A stretch of 64,000 nt of DNA from Candidatus Parcubacteria bacterium (GCA_021731405.1 JAKFXN010000003.1:108676-172675); one strand, 5' to 3'. Counted from the stretch's first letter, positions 27,538 to 37,252 are shown. The notes: a model not told the origin generated them from the sequence alone. Made by a program: numbers and translations.

Positions 27538-27873
27538 ATGTGCACTGTTTGGATTGTTTCGCCCCATGGCATCCGCGCCGTCGATCCCGCCGCTCTCGAG
27601 CCCAAAGCTCGCATCGAGCGAGCCTGGAACTGGGCTGCGGAAATCACGCGCAGCAAGCCCGCAGTCAAGACGCCGAAGCCTGCCGTCATGTTGCGGCCAG
27701 CTTCGGCACCCGCTCCACTCCAGTACGGAGGGAATCTGCTGAAGTCGAAGTCCTATGACTACTCGAGCAAGGACGATAGCCGCGACCATTACCGGATGCG
27801 CTGCAACCAATCGAATGACCGCAACAAGACCTGCGGTCTCCGCAAGCGCCGGTTGCAGGTCGAGCGCTGGTAA
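27538..27873 (+). CDS. hypothetical small basic protein (111 aa) in a ~60% GC segment
   Basis: Promoter plus AGGAG RBS 6 nt upstream. Overlapping alternative ORFs exist, so coding status is uncertain. Confidence 0.3.
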   Translation: MCTVWIVSPHGIRAVDPAALEPKARIERAWNWAAEITRSKPAVKTPKPAVMLRPASAPAPLQYGGNLLKSKSYDYSSKDDSRDHYRMRCNQSNDRNKTCGLRKRRLQVERW

Positions 27874-27996
27874 GTACTGACCATGCCCCACGAAGCCCGA
27901 TGGAAAAAGAACTTTTGTTTTCTTTCCGTCGGGCTTTTTATATTTAGTCACTCTGGCGTATACTATTCTTTCACTTATACATTTAGTACCTTATTT

Positions 27997-29184
27997 ATGC
28001 CTCAGAAAAAAGTTGTTGCTACCAAAAAAGTATCTAAGAAAACTCCAAAAAAAGACTATGGCAAGATGGCCATGGCGCTCCATAAAAAACTAAAAGGGAA
28101 ACTAGAGGTGGTTTCAAAGGGAAGGCTTTTAACTCGTGATGACTGGAGTACGATGTACAGTCCAGGGGTGGGGGCTGTTTCAAGTCATCTGGCAAAGCAT
28201 CCAAAAGACGCACGTGAATACACCATGAAGAGAAACTCTGTCGCGGTCATTAGTGACGGCTCTGCAGTGCTTGGTCTTGGTAACATCGGTCCGATTGCTG
28301 CACTGCCAGTTATGGAGGGTAAGTGTGCAATTCTGAAAGAAATGGCCAACATCGACGGTTTTCCAATTGTGCTTGATGTGCATGATGTAGAGGGAATAGT
28401 GTCTGCCGTGAAAGCGATAGCTCCAACGTTTGGTGCTATTAACCTAGAAGACATTGCGGCTCCGCTTTGTTTTGAAATTGAAGAACGTCTTAAAGCGGAA
28501 CTCTCTATCCCGGTGATGCATGATGATCAACACGGTACGGCAATGGTGGTTTTGGCGGGACTGATTAATGCTGCCAAGGTGGTGAAAAAAGAATTTACCT
28601 CACTTAAGGTGGTGGTCATAGGAGCTGGGGCGGCTGGACGAGCAGTGACACTCCTTCTCTTGAAGGCAGGTATTTCAAATATTATTGTGACCGATAGCAA
28701 GGGAATTATTTATAAAGGCAGAAAAGATTTGGCAGGATACAAAAAGAAACTAGCAGAAACAACTAACCCAGAAACACGACAAGGAGATGTACTGACTGCG
28801 GTGACTGGGGCGGATGTGGTGATTGGAGTATCGGGTCCAGGTACTATTGCTAAAGTGCACGTAGCAGCGATGGCACCAAAAGCGGTGGTGTTTGCGCTTG
28901 CAAACCCTGTACCAGAAATAATGCCTGAAGATGCAAAGCAAGCGGGAGCAGTAGTGATAGCAACTGGTCGCTCTGACTATCCTAATCAAATCAATAACTC
29001 CCTCGCGTTCCCGGGAGTATTTAAAGGTGCGCTCGATAGAGGAGTGAATCATATTACCGACGAGATGAAACTCGCAGTGGCAAAGAAGCTGGCAGGGTTA
29101 ATCAAGAAGCCAACAGCAGACATGGTGATACCTCCGGTCATGACGCCAGGCTTAGTAAAGGCGGTCGCCAGTGTGATTAAGTAG
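27997..29184 (+). CDS. maeB: NAD(P)-dependent malic enzyme (short MaeB-type)
   Basis: YSPGVGAVSSHL, GSAVLGLGNIGPIAALPVMEGKCAILKEMANID, Rossmann GAGAAGRAV. Alternative start at 28069; 27997 gives a Lys-rich N-terminal extension. Confidence 0.85.
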   Translation: MPQKKVVATKKVSKKTPKKDYGKMAMALHKKLKGKLEVVSKGRLLTRDDWSTMYSPGVGAVSSHLAKHPKDAREYTMKRNSVAVISDGSAVLGLGNIGPIAALPVMEGKCAILKEMANIDGFPIVLDVHDVEGIVSAVKAIAPTFGAINLEDIAAPLCFEIEERLKAELSIPVMHDDQHGTAMVVLAGLINAAKVVKKEFTSLKVVVIGAGAAGRAVTLLLLKAGISNIIVTDSKGIIYKGRKDLAGYKKKLAETTNPETRQGDVLTAVTGADVVIGVSGPGTIAKVHVAAMAPKAVVFALANPVPEIMPEDAKQAGAVVIATGRSDYPNQINNSLAFPGVFKGALDRGVNHITDEMKLAVAKKLAGLIKKPTADMVIPPVMTPGLVKAVASVIK

Positions 29185-29198
29185 AAAAGGGAAGAAAA

Positions 29199-29237
29199 TA
29201 AAAGCCCCAAAATGCCTTGCATTTTGGGGCTTTTATC
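29199..29237 (+). terminator. rho-independent terminator
   Basis: AAAAGCCCCAAAATGCCTTGCATTTTGGGGCTTTTAT. Confidence 0.7.
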
Positions 29238-29320
29238 GTTATTTTACAGCGTAAATGCTGTACAAAACACAAAAAGTATGCTATAGTAGTAGCTAGTACA
29301 ACTTCCAAGAAAGGTATTCT

Positions 29321-29653
29321 ATGGAAACCGTTCCTTCAGAAGAAAGATATCTCCCGCCCTCTGTCCGCAGTGCAAAAGCTCGAAAAGACCGTGCTGAACT
29401 CAGGCGTCTCGGTTTGCGCGGGAACGAAGTCAAGAGAGAGCTTAATGCCTGGCGAAAACTCCAGGGTGTGCTCCCCCTCAAACCAAAACGGCCGAAGCGG
29501 CCGTACAAACCACTCAGTGCCGAGCAGAAGGCAAGTCAGGCCGAGACCCGCTACCTCAACCAGTTGCGTCGAAGCGAGTTGGTCGCAATCGCTCTGGCGG
29601 ATGCTGAACAACACGCTGAGTCCAACCGTATTGGTTGGGCAGAGGAAGAGTGA
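29321..29653 (+). CDS. hypothetical basic protein (110 aa), ~56% GC
   Basis: ORF with weak RBS, bounded by terminators. No domain recognised. Confidence 0.35.
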   Translation: METVPSEERYLPPSVRSAKARKDRAELRRLGLRGNEVKRELNAWRKLQGVLPLKPKRPKRPYKPLSAEQKASQAETRYLNQLRRSELVAIALADAEQHAESNRIGWAEEE

Positions 29654-29757
29654 TTTCACTCTTCCGCCTAGGACACATGTCCTAGGTTTTCTTTTTTTAT
29701 ATTTGGGTATACAGTTAATAAGGATTCTTTTGTTCAACCGCCATTTAGGAGGTCGCT

Positions 29758-29940
29758 ATGGCACTCGTGCAAGTCGCACTCAAAACAACTCCGTTTCGTC
29801 AGACTGTCCAGCGCTTGCCTAGCAAGCGCGGACGTCAAGCGGGGAAACTCCTCATCTCGCAAGAGCTGAACACGCTCGAAGCCAATTTCGGCAGGATCCC
29901 AACGCGGGAACCGGCACCGTTCCAGCTCTACAACATGTGA
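29758..29940 (+). CDS. hypothetical small protein (60 aa)
   Basis: Strong AGGAGG RBS 6 nt upstream. Confidence 0.4.
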   Translation: MALVQVALKTTPFRQTVQRLPSKRGRQAGKLLISQELNTLEANFGRIPTREPAPFQLYNM

Positions 29941-30067
29941 ACCCTGGCCCAATGTTACTTTGTAACATTGGGCCTTCTTCATATCAAATGCATATTGACA
30001 TTATGGTATTTAGTTGTATTGTTTTGACTGGCGTTCTTGCCAGAAACAATATCCAAGGAGTTCTTTG

Positions 30068-30439
30068 ATGACACAAGCAAATGATGGTATGTCCACCATT
30101 GCGATTTTGCCGCACCAGTTTGCGGTGGCTGCTCTGGTCGGACCCATTGATGCGACCAAAGAAGAAGCGGGTGACCTGCTTTTGATTTTGGGGGAGCGCG
30201 GCTTTTTGGCGCAATTTCCCAGCTTTCACATCCGGGTACTGCCGAGGGTCCGAAAGACGGCGCATGGTTACGAAGATGCACTGGATCAACCTCTCGATCA
30301 CTACATCGTGGGCGCTGTTCCGACATCACGCCTCACACGTGCTCGTCGCGAGCTCGGCGTTGCTCTCAAACGAGCGACGGGGAGGTCTGCGTACTTCTCG
30401 AAGATCCCGCGGCCGATGCTGCAGCTCGTGAAAACTTGA
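30068..30439 (+). CDS. hypothetical protein (124 aa)
   Basis: AAGGAG RBS. Hairpin terminator at ~30461–30490. Confidence 0.4.
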   Translation: MTQANDGMSTIAILPHQFAVAALVGPIDATKEEAGDLLLILGERGFLAQFPSFHIRVLPRVRKTAHGYEDALDQPLDHYIVGAVPTSRLTRARRELGVALKRATGRSAYFSKIPRPMLQLVKT

Positions 30440-30574
30440 ACCAACTGCACCCGTGTTCAAAAGTCCAACTACGGTTGGGCTTTTTCTTTTTCCCCACAAA
30501 CACTTGTCAGTTTTGAAAAGCTATACTACACTGATTTGGTAGATAGAGTTACTTAATTAAATAAACGTACATAC

Positions 30575-31447
30575 ATGGAACCAATCGCACTCGCGTTCCT
30601 TGTGACCCTCGGGGCCGGCCTAGCAACAGGTATCGGGAGCCTCTTGGCGTTCACGAGAACCAAACCAAGTGACAAATTTTTAGCATTCATGCTCGGGCTT
30701 TCAGCCGGAGTGATGATATACGTCTCACTCGTTGAGATTTTCCAAAAAGCAGTAGTGAGTCTAACTGCCGCTTTTGGTGATTCAGGCCAAGGATATCTTT
30801 GGGCAACAGTTGGCTTTTTTGGCGGCTTTATTGTCATTGCTATTATCGACAAAATCTTCGGTCATTTCCACGATCATGGTGAAGAAGATACCGTGACACA
30901 CAATCATGCTCATCATGAACACCACGACGATGCGCACGACGTAGACATTGCCGGCATGGTCTCAGAGATGGATGCTTCAGAAGAAAAAGAGAGAAGGGGC
31001 TTAATGCGAATGGGACTTTTTACGGCGATGGCAATTGCTATCCATAATTTCCCCGAAGGTCTAGCTACCTTTATGGCAACCATTCAGCAGCCTTCACTCG
31101 GTATTGCCTTTGCTGTCGCTATTGCTATTCACAATATTCCAGAAGGAGTAGCAGTATCAATTCCAATCTATCGCGCCACTGGAAGTAAGGTCAAAGCCTT
31201 CTGGTACTCCTTTGCTTCTGGTCTCGCTGAGCCTGTCGGAGCGCTCCTCGGATTTTATCTTCTCAGTCAATTCATTAACGAATATTTCTTCGGAGTTATC
31301 TTTGCGGGTGTAGCTGGTGTAATGGTCTACATTTCACTTGATGAACTTCTTCCAACTGCTAAGCGCTATGACCACCATCTTCCAATCATGGGAGTGTTTG
31401 TGGGCATGGCGATTATGGCAGCCAGCCTCGTACTCTTTGTGGTGTAG
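30575..31447 (+). CDS. zupT: ZIP-family zinc transporter ZupT
   Basis: His-rich loop HFHDHGEEDTVTHNHAHHEHHDDAHD. ZIP signature AIAIHNIPEGVA (present twice). Confidence 0.85.
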   Translation: MEPIALAFLVTLGAGLATGIGSLLAFTRTKPSDKFLAFMLGLSAGVMIYVSLVEIFQKAVVSLTAAFGDSGQGYLWATVGFFGGFIVIAIIDKIFGHFHDHGEEDTVTHNHAHHEHHDDAHDVDIAGMVSEMDASEEKERRGLMRMGLFTAMAIAIHNFPEGLATFMATIQQPSLGIAFAVAIAIHNIPEGVAVSIPIYRATGSKVKAFWYSFASGLAEPVGALLGFYLLSQFINEYFFGVIFAGVAGVMVYISLDELLPTAKRYDHHLPIMGVFVGMAIMAASLVLFVV

Positions 31448-31530
31448 TCTGTTACGATTTTGCGCTTAGTTCGTTAGTTAGTAGGTAAGGAGTATATTTC
31501 TCTTACTTTAGTCTTAAAATATTCTAACTT

Positions 31531-32280
31531 ATGAATAAAGAATCTGTACTGTATACCGCTATCGGTATCGTGTTTATCCTCCTCATGTTTTGGCTCATGA
31601 AGCCAGAGGCAGAGGTGACACCAAACCAAGTGGCGGGAGAAGAAAACATTCCGACAAAAGATGCGGTGACTTATACCTCTCCACATACCGGAGAATCTCT
31701 CTCAGTTACTTTTAGTGATGAGAAAGCTGTCTTGCACAGTGAGACGTACAATGACGTAGAGATGGCACAAGTTGAGGCTGCCTCTGGTGCTCGCTATGTA
31801 AACGTAGAGCGCGGAGTCTCACTTTGGAACAAAGGGCAAGAAGTGTCAGTCTATCAAGACGATGTCGTGACGTTTCAGGGTCAGACGGAAGCTTCGATAG
31901 GTAACCCAAACCCCGGTGAAGTAGAGGTGCTTGAAGCCGCCCTCACGAGCAATGCCTGGCTCTGGAAAGAGACACAGATGAATGACGATACGATAATCAC
32001 TCCGAAAAAAGCTGATGCATTTAAACTTACGTTTAGTGCTGATGGACGAGTTAGCGGGACCACTGATTGTAATGGCTTTGGCGGAAGCTATGACGTTACT
32101 GATGGTGTGCTTACCATGAGTGAGTTTATGATGACGATGATGTACTGCGACGGATCACAAGAAATGGAATTCCAAAAAATGTTGTCCGAACCAGTCACCT
32201 TTATGTTTACCGATGCTGGAGAGTTGGTGTTGATGCTGCCACAGAATAGTGGCTCAGTTATCTTTACCCCAGTATTCTAA
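31531..32280 (+). CDS. membrane-anchored META/HslJ-like domain protein
   Basis: N-terminal TM. C-terminal GVLTMSEFMMTMMYCDGSQEMEFQKMLSEP resembles a META domain. Confidence 0.45.
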   Translation: MNKESVLYTAIGIVFILLMFWLMKPEAEVTPNQVAGEENIPTKDAVTYTSPHTGESLSVTFSDEKAVLHSETYNDVEMAQVEAASGARYVNVERGVSLWNKGQEVSVYQDDVVTFQGQTEASIGNPNPGEVEVLEAALTSNAWLWKETQMNDDTIITPKKADAFKLTFSADGRVSGTTDCNGFGGSYDVTDGVLTMSEFMMTMMYCDGSQEMEFQKMLSEPVTFMFTDAGELVLMLPQNSGSVIFTPVF

Positions 32281-32288
32281 ATGATGAA

Positions 32289-32325
32289 ATAAAAAACACC
32301 CCGTACGGGGTGTTTTTTATTTGTG
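32289..32325 (+). terminator. rho-independent terminator
   Basis: AAAAAACACCCCGTACGGGGTGTTTTTTATTTG. Confidence 0.7.
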
Positions 32326-32865
32326 CTACTTTCGTCTAAGGTTGAGGTAGAGGACTATCAGGAAGGCAAAGGTGATGGCAGAGAGGAGTGGGAAAGTGAC
32401 AAAGCCAAACTGATCGATAACTTTAAGGGCGCAGTCACCACTCCCATCAGCGAGACAGGGTAAGATTCCATCAGCCGAAACTTCTCGAGGTAGCATTTGA
32501 TAAATGTATTGATACACAGCCACCACAAAACCAAATATCGATAGTCCAATGCTATAGAGTGGGAAGTAGACACTCTCTTTGGTTTTGAAAGCCATGAGTG
32601 CAAACAGGGCTTGTGGGTAAAGCGCAATCCGTTGGAGCCAGCAGAGTGAACAGGGAATAAACCCGAAGTACTCTGAATACAAAAGTGAGATAGCGACACT
32701 TCCAACCGTGAGGGCTGGGATGATAAACCAAACAAATTTTTGGACGAAGCGACGGTAGTACTTACTTTGGTAGCAGAAGTAGTCGACGTAAAGGCCGACA
32801 GTTAGCGCGAGGAGAGCCAAGCCGCCGAGGGCAAAAAGATAATTTAAAGTGAAGAGCAAAGACAT
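32326..32865 (-). CDS. DsbB/BdbC-family disulfide bond formation protein
   Basis: 4 TM segments with FIPCSLCWLQRI (CxxC in the first periplasmic loop) and a second Cys pair, CLADGSGDC. Start placed at MSLLFTL because the upstream part of the ORF overlaps a tRNA. Confidence 0.65.
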   Translation of the reverse strand: MSLLFTLNYLFALGGLALLALTVGLYVDYFCYQSKYYRRFVQKFVWFIIPALTVGSVAISLLYSEYFGFIPCSLCWLQRIALYPQALFALMAFKTKESVYFPLYSIGLSIFGFVVAVYQYIYQMLPREVSADGILPCLADGSGDCALKVIDQFGFVTFPLLSAITFAFLIVLYLNLRRK

Positions 32866-32882
32866 ATTGTTTTTTAACTTAG

Positions 32883-32969
32883 CGGAGGATGTGGGATTCG
32901 AACCCACGAGAAGTTTAACCCTCTGGCGGTTTAGTAAACCGCTGCCTTCAGCCACTCGGCCAATCCTCC
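32883..32969 (-). tRNA. class-II (long variable arm) tRNA, Ser-like (G73), anticodon loop UUACUAA (anticodon ACU by standard numbering)
   Basis: Manual fold. Acceptor GGAGGAT/ATCCTCC, D GCC-GAGTGGCTGAA-GGC, anticodon stem GCGGT/ACCGC, 18-nt variable arm, T GTGGG-TTCGAAT-CCCAC. Confidence 0.55.
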
Positions 32970-33103
32970 GTAGCCACTTTTGTGGTGGCGACATTATAGA
33001 CTGTAATCTCGTAGTTGCAAACTCCTGTTCATATTCTTGGGCTTTGCTATACTCCAAAGTAGAGGTTCCTTCATATATCTGTAACTCAACTCGGGAGAAC
33101 GCT

Positions 33104-33916
33104 ATGCGTACTTTTAGTGACTATCTTTTGTTTGGGAGTGTACCCTTGCCTTGGTGGGGGTATCTCATCTACACATTGGTGATGACCCATATCACGATTG
33201 TGACTGTGACGGTGTACTATCACCGTGCTAAAGCGCATCGTGCGCTTGAACTACATCCTGGTCTTGAACATCCCTTTCGTTTCTGGGGTTGGCTCACGAC
33301 TGGCATGAGTGTAAAAGAATGGACAGCCATTCACCGCTACCATCATGCGAAAGATGATGGTCCTGAGGATCCGCATAGTCCATGGGTACATGGTATCTGG
33401 TTCGTATTGTTTGCTGGAGTGATCTTGTATTACAAGGCAGCCAAACGACCAGAGGTCATGATGCACTGTCGGGATATCGCTGATGATTGGATTGAAACAA
33501 ATCTGTATGGCAATCGGCGTAAAAGTCGGCGCTTTTACGGGGTCGGACTCATGCTCATCATTGACCTAGTGCTGTTCGGGTTTGTGGGCCTTGCTATCTG
33601 GGTGGTACAGATGCTCTGGATTCCGTTTTGGGCAGCTGGAGTCATCAATGGTATTGGTCACTGGCCACTTTTCAAATATTTCCTAGGGTATCGAAACGAA
33701 GAGACCACGGATAAATCTTCCAACATCGTTCCTTGGGGAATCTGGATCGGTGGTGAAGAGTTACACAACAACCATCATATGTATCCGAAGTCGGCAAAGT
33801 TGTCGGTGAAGTGGTATGAGTTTGATCTCGGGTGGTTGTACATCCGCTTGTTTGAAATGGTGGGTTTGGCGAGAGTTAAATACATCCATGACCAAAATGT
33901 CCAGAAGGTGGCATAG
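33104..33916 (+). CDS. acyl-lipid/acyl-CoA delta-9 fatty acid desaturase
   Basis: His boxes HRAKAH, HRYHHAKDD, HNNHH. Multiple TM segments. Confidence 0.8.
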   Translation: MRTFSDYLLFGSVPLPWWGYLIYTLVMTHITIVTVTVYYHRAKAHRALELHPGLEHPFRFWGWLTTGMSVKEWTAIHRYHHAKDDGPEDPHSPWVHGIWFVLFAGVILYYKAAKRPEVMMHCRDIADDWIETNLYGNRRKSRRFYGVGLMLIIDLVLFGFVGLAIWVVQMLWIPFWAAGVINGIGHWPLFKYFLGYRNEETTDKSSNIVPWGIWIGGEELHNNHHMYPKSAKLSVKWYEFDLGWLYIRLFEMVGLARVKYIHDQNVQKVA

Positions 33917-33956
33917 GACAGAACAAAAGGCCGGGAAATTTATTTCCCGGCCTTTT

Positions 33957-34427
33957 CTACGTGAATTTTGTTTCCGCGTAGGTGAAGTCTTCAACAATCG
34001 AACCGTCTTCGTTAAAGTAGACGTCAGCATCAATAGTGTGACCTTGTAAAACAAGAGGGAACCACAAGGCATCAGCTACCCACATCTTTTCGGCAGGGAG
34101 AGAGTTGATAGGGTACCAGGTTGGTGTACCCATCTCTTCGGTAGCGCTTGGTTCTCCTTGCCATGCCTTCAGTGTATACACATGACACTCAAACTTAAGG
34201 ATATTGGAAAAGTAAAATCTAATAAGACCGACTTGAACCAAGTCTTCTGGTTCAGCACTGAGAGCAGACTCTTCAAATAGCTCTCGCACCGCAGCGGCTG
34301 CGGGGGTTTCGTTTTCAAGTACTTTTCCGCCGTAGCCATTTATTTTACCAGCACCAAAACCAATAAGTTTTTCTGATAGTAAGACAGAGTCATTTTTAAG
34401 ACAAAGACAAAGGGTGGTTGTTTTCAT
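33957..34427 (-). CDS. NUDIX hydrolase (MutT-like)
   Basis: Nudix box GKVLENETPAAAAVRELFEESAL. Confidence 0.7.
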   Translation of the reverse strand: MKTTTLCLCLKNDSVLLSEKLIGFGAGKINGYGGKVLENETPAAAAVRELFEESALSAEPEDLVQVGLIRFYFSNILKFECHVYTLKAWQGEPSATEEMGTPTWYPINSLPAEKMWVADALWFPLVLQGHTIDADVYFNEDGSIVEDFTYAETKFT

Positions 34428-34479
34428 TATGGAGTATCTTAATGAAAATAGTACTCCACATGAGGCTGTTTGTGTAGGT

Positions 34480-35034
34480 TTACACTCGTGACTCTAAAGA
34501 GGCGTTTTTGAATAGAAGGCCTGATCCCACTAAAAGTACGACAAAGAATCCGTTAAGCATAAGTACGGAGAGTACGCCAAATAGTTCATTTTCCGTACTT
34601 ATACTTGGTCGGTTGATAACAAGTGCTGTAATTGGAATGAGTGCTAATGCGAAGGCAGAGAAGAATAATGTACGAGCCAGTGCGTCTGTATTAAAGCGAG
34701 ACCAGATAGCTCCAATAAAAAGTATCATTGGCACTAGAAAATACAGCAGGTTTATCGGGTTGTTTTCATTTCCAATAATGCCGACTGCAAGGTTTATCCA
34801 GGTAAGAACAAGGCAAGTTCCTACTGCTAGTGCCGCTGCCCCCTTAAAAGCCAAAGAACCAGCTCTGCTGGCAAAAAACTCATAGGTAATACCAGCAACA
34901 AACAAAAGTATACCCATGGCAATAAAATCAAAAAAGGTCCAGTTCACTTCGCTTGTAAACTGCATAGCTATAAGGGGGATGAGTAAGATGGAGAGGGTAA
35001 TTAGGGCTGGTCTAAGAATATTTTTTGTTTTCAT
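34480..35034 (-). CDS. hypothetical polytopic membrane protein
   Basis: 6 predicted TM helices. No motif recognised. Confidence 0.4.
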   Translation of the reverse strand: MKTKNILRPALITLSILLIPLIAMQFTSEVNWTFFDFIAMGILLFVAGITYEFFASRAGSLAFKGAAALAVGTCLVLTWINLAVGIIGNENNPINLLYFLVPMILFIGAIWSRFNTDALARTLFFSAFALALIPITALVINRPSISTENELFGVLSVLMLNGFFVVLLVGSGLLFKNASLESRV

Positions 35035-35120
35035 ATAAAAGTTTTGTTATATATATATTTAAACTAGGGTAAATGGGGGAAGGTTGCAGGGAGAGGAATT
35101 TCTCGGCTTGTATAACAAGG

Positions 35121-35301
35121 AGACGAGAGGATTCGTCCTGACGGTCACTAAGCTATTTTATTTCGTTCCACTCATAAAATAGCAAGTGCCGCGGGACACG
35201 ACTCGCCGACCCAAAGGGTCCCCCGGCTCCGTCGTTCGAATCCTCTCTTCTCGCGCTCGTGCAAACAAAAACAACCCTGAACGGGTTGTCTTTGGCACTC
35301 G
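35121..35301 (-). repeat. tRNA-3'-flank element copy (f) downstream of tRNA-Ser(GCU)
   Basis: Proximal 27-nt inverted copy of the tRNA-Ser 3' end (GAGAAGAGAGGATTCGAACGACGG). Conserved GAGTGGAACGAA...CTTAGTGAC arm. Distal direct copy GACGAATCCTCTCGTCTCC. Confidence 0.6.
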
Positions 35302-35386
35302 CGGAGAAGAGAGGATTCGAACCTCCGGGGGCGTGAACCCCACTTCCTTAGCAAGGAAGCACGATAGACCACTCTGACACTTCTCC
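35302..35386 (-). tRNA. tRNA-Ser, anticodon GCU
   Basis: Acceptor GGAGAAG/CTTCTCC, anticodon stem-loop CTTCC-TTGCTAA-GGAAG, long variable arm, T GGAGG-TTCGAAT-CCTCT, G73. The D-arm is non-canonical in my manual fold. Confidence 0.65.
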
Positions 35387-35463
35387 ATAATTATGTTCCT
35401 AAGCCACGTTGTAGCCAAGTGGCATCAAGATAGCATATTTTAGCCTGCTAAGAAAAGATGGCT

Positions 35464-36072
35464 TTAGTGGGCTATGGCAACCCCTATAATTTCATGAGTA
35501 GTACCAAAAGCCTCGGTTAGGGTAGCGAGTGCTTCTTCTAACGTCGCTCCGGTGGTTGTGACGTCATCCACCACCACAATTTTGGTGTATCTTTGTATAT
35601 CGCTGTACTTTTCAACTGAAAAGATACCTCTCACATTTTCTAAGCGCTCTTTTCTTGGGAGGGAAGTTTGCGGTTTGGTATCAACCGTTCTTTTTAGTAG
35701 TGGGTACGTTTGTCCTAAAGCCGTGTTGGCATGTTCCAATATCCTCTGTACTTGATTGTACCCGCGGTCTTGGGCACGTTCTTTTGAAAGGGGGATGGGT
35801 ACAAAAAGTGTTTCAGAGTTTGCTTCTTTGCTACACCATTCATGGAAAAGTGCACCTAATAGTACCGCGGCTTTCTTGGAGTCGTGGAATTTGTTGGCGG
35901 TGATAGCTGCTTTTATGTATGGTTCGTCGTAGTTGCTGAGTGCGGTTATTTTCCCAACCATTTTCGGCTGTAGCAGTCGCAAAAACCGCTCTCGCGTTAC
36001 CGCTCGTAGGAGCGCAATACTTTTATGAGGAGGGAACAAACTGTCAAAGATATAAGTGAAGATATCCAGCAT
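35464..36072 (-). CDS. comFC: ComF-family phosphoribosyltransferase (competence protein ComFC-like)
   Basis: PRTase motif IVVVDDVTTTGATL. Adjacent to the T4P/competence cluster. Confidence 0.65.
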   Translation of the reverse strand: MLDIFTYIFDSLFPPHKSIALLRAVTRERFLRLLQPKMVGKITALSNYDEPYIKAAITANKFHDSKKAAVLLGALFHEWCSKEANSETLFVPIPLSKERAQDRGYNQVQRILEHANTALGQTYPLLKRTVDTKPQTSLPRKERLENVRGIFSVEKYSDIQRYTKIVVVDDVTTTGATLEEALATLTEAFGTTHEIIGVAIAH

Positions 36073-36122
36073 TACCTCTAGTATACGGTAGAGACGTGAT
36101 AGAATAATTTCAATACCTAGAT

Positions 36123-37202
36123 ATGAAATCATTTAGTACTCTCTTTTCTGGCCTAAAAAGTAAAGGTGCAGCTGCTAACCGTGTGGTTGGTATTGATATC
36201 GGGTCTTCTTCTATTAAGGTAGTGGAAGTGCAAGAGCGAGATGGAGTATTGACGCTTACCACCTATGGTGAACTTCAGCTTGGTCCCTATGCTGAACAAG
36301 AGATTGGACAGTCGGTTGTTCTTGACTCAAAGAAAGAGCAACAAGCGCTCGTGGATGTGATTCGTGAGTCGGCGGTAAAAGCCACTAACGCTGTCTTTGC
36401 GATGCCTCTAGCCTCAAGCTTTGTGACCACTATAAACTTCACCGCTGATATAAAAGAAGATATTTCCTCACGCGTGCGGGTGGAGGCTAGAAAATACATT
36501 CCTGTACCAATTGGCGAAGTGACACTCGACTGGGCGGAGATTGACTCAGTTGCAAATAAGGCCGAGAACCGTCGCGATGTTTTGGTGGCCGCAATTCAAA
36601 ATGAAGCTCTGAATCGATTTCGGGTGCTGATGCAGTTTGTGAACCTCAAAGAGCCACCAACTGAGATTGAGTGTTTTAGTGCTTTGCGTGGAGTATATAA
36701 GGAAGAAGAGACCAGTATTGCACTCATTGATATGGGGGCTGTCTCAACCAAGCTTTACATTGCTCAAAATGGACTTCTTCAGCACATGCATCGAGTACGA
36801 GCCGGTGGAGCTATTGCTACCAAGCGGATTGCGAGCACTCTTGAACTAACCTTTGAAGAAGCAGAAATAACTAAGCGCAACGCTAAAAAAGAAGATCCAA
36901 ATTTCCATGATGTAAAACGTGCGCACCACAGCTGTTACGACCGAGCGCTTCAAGAATTTAGACAAGTGATTCGTGAACACGAAGAAAAAACAGAGACAAA
37001 AATTGATACCGTATATCTCACTGGAGGGGGATCCCTCTTTCCGACCACTAAGCTTCTCCTGGAAGAGACACTCCAGAAAAAAGTTTCTTACGTCAACTCT
37101 TTTAATAAATTAGCCTATCCAGCTTTTATGGAAGACATGATTGCAGAACTTGCTCCAACTTTCCATGTGGCGCTCGGGTCTGCACTCCGAAACTTCGAAT
37201 AA
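36123..37202 (+). CDS. pilM: type IV pilus assembly protein PilM (actin-like ATPase)
   Basis: VVGIDIGSSSIKVVEV, actin-fold motifs. Confidence 0.85.
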   Translation: MKSFSTLFSGLKSKGAAANRVVGIDIGSSSIKVVEVQERDGVLTLTTYGELQLGPYAEQEIGQSVVLDSKKEQQALVDVIRESAVKATNAVFAMPLASSFVTTINFTADIKEDISSRVRVEARKYIPVPIGEVTLDWAEIDSVANKAENRRDVLVAAIQNEALNRFRVLMQFVNLKEPPTEIECFSALRGVYKEEETSIALIDMGAVSTKLYIAQNGLLQHMHRVRAGGAIATKRIASTLELTFEEAEITKRNAKKEDPNFHDVKRAHHSCYDRALQEFRQVIREHEEKTETKIDTVYLTGGGSLFPTTKLLLEETLQKKVSYVNSFNKLAYPAFMEDMIAELAPTFHVALGSALRNFE

Positions 37203-37252
37203 AGTTACTCCACAGGCGGGGTTCGTTTTACATGTAAAAAGAACGTATACTT

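Noticed and set aside
27415-27951. 178-aa minus-strand ORF overlapping the high-GC segment
   Set aside because: Low-complexity, improbable composition. It overlaps the better-supported plus-strand ORF, the promoter and the malic-enzyme start.
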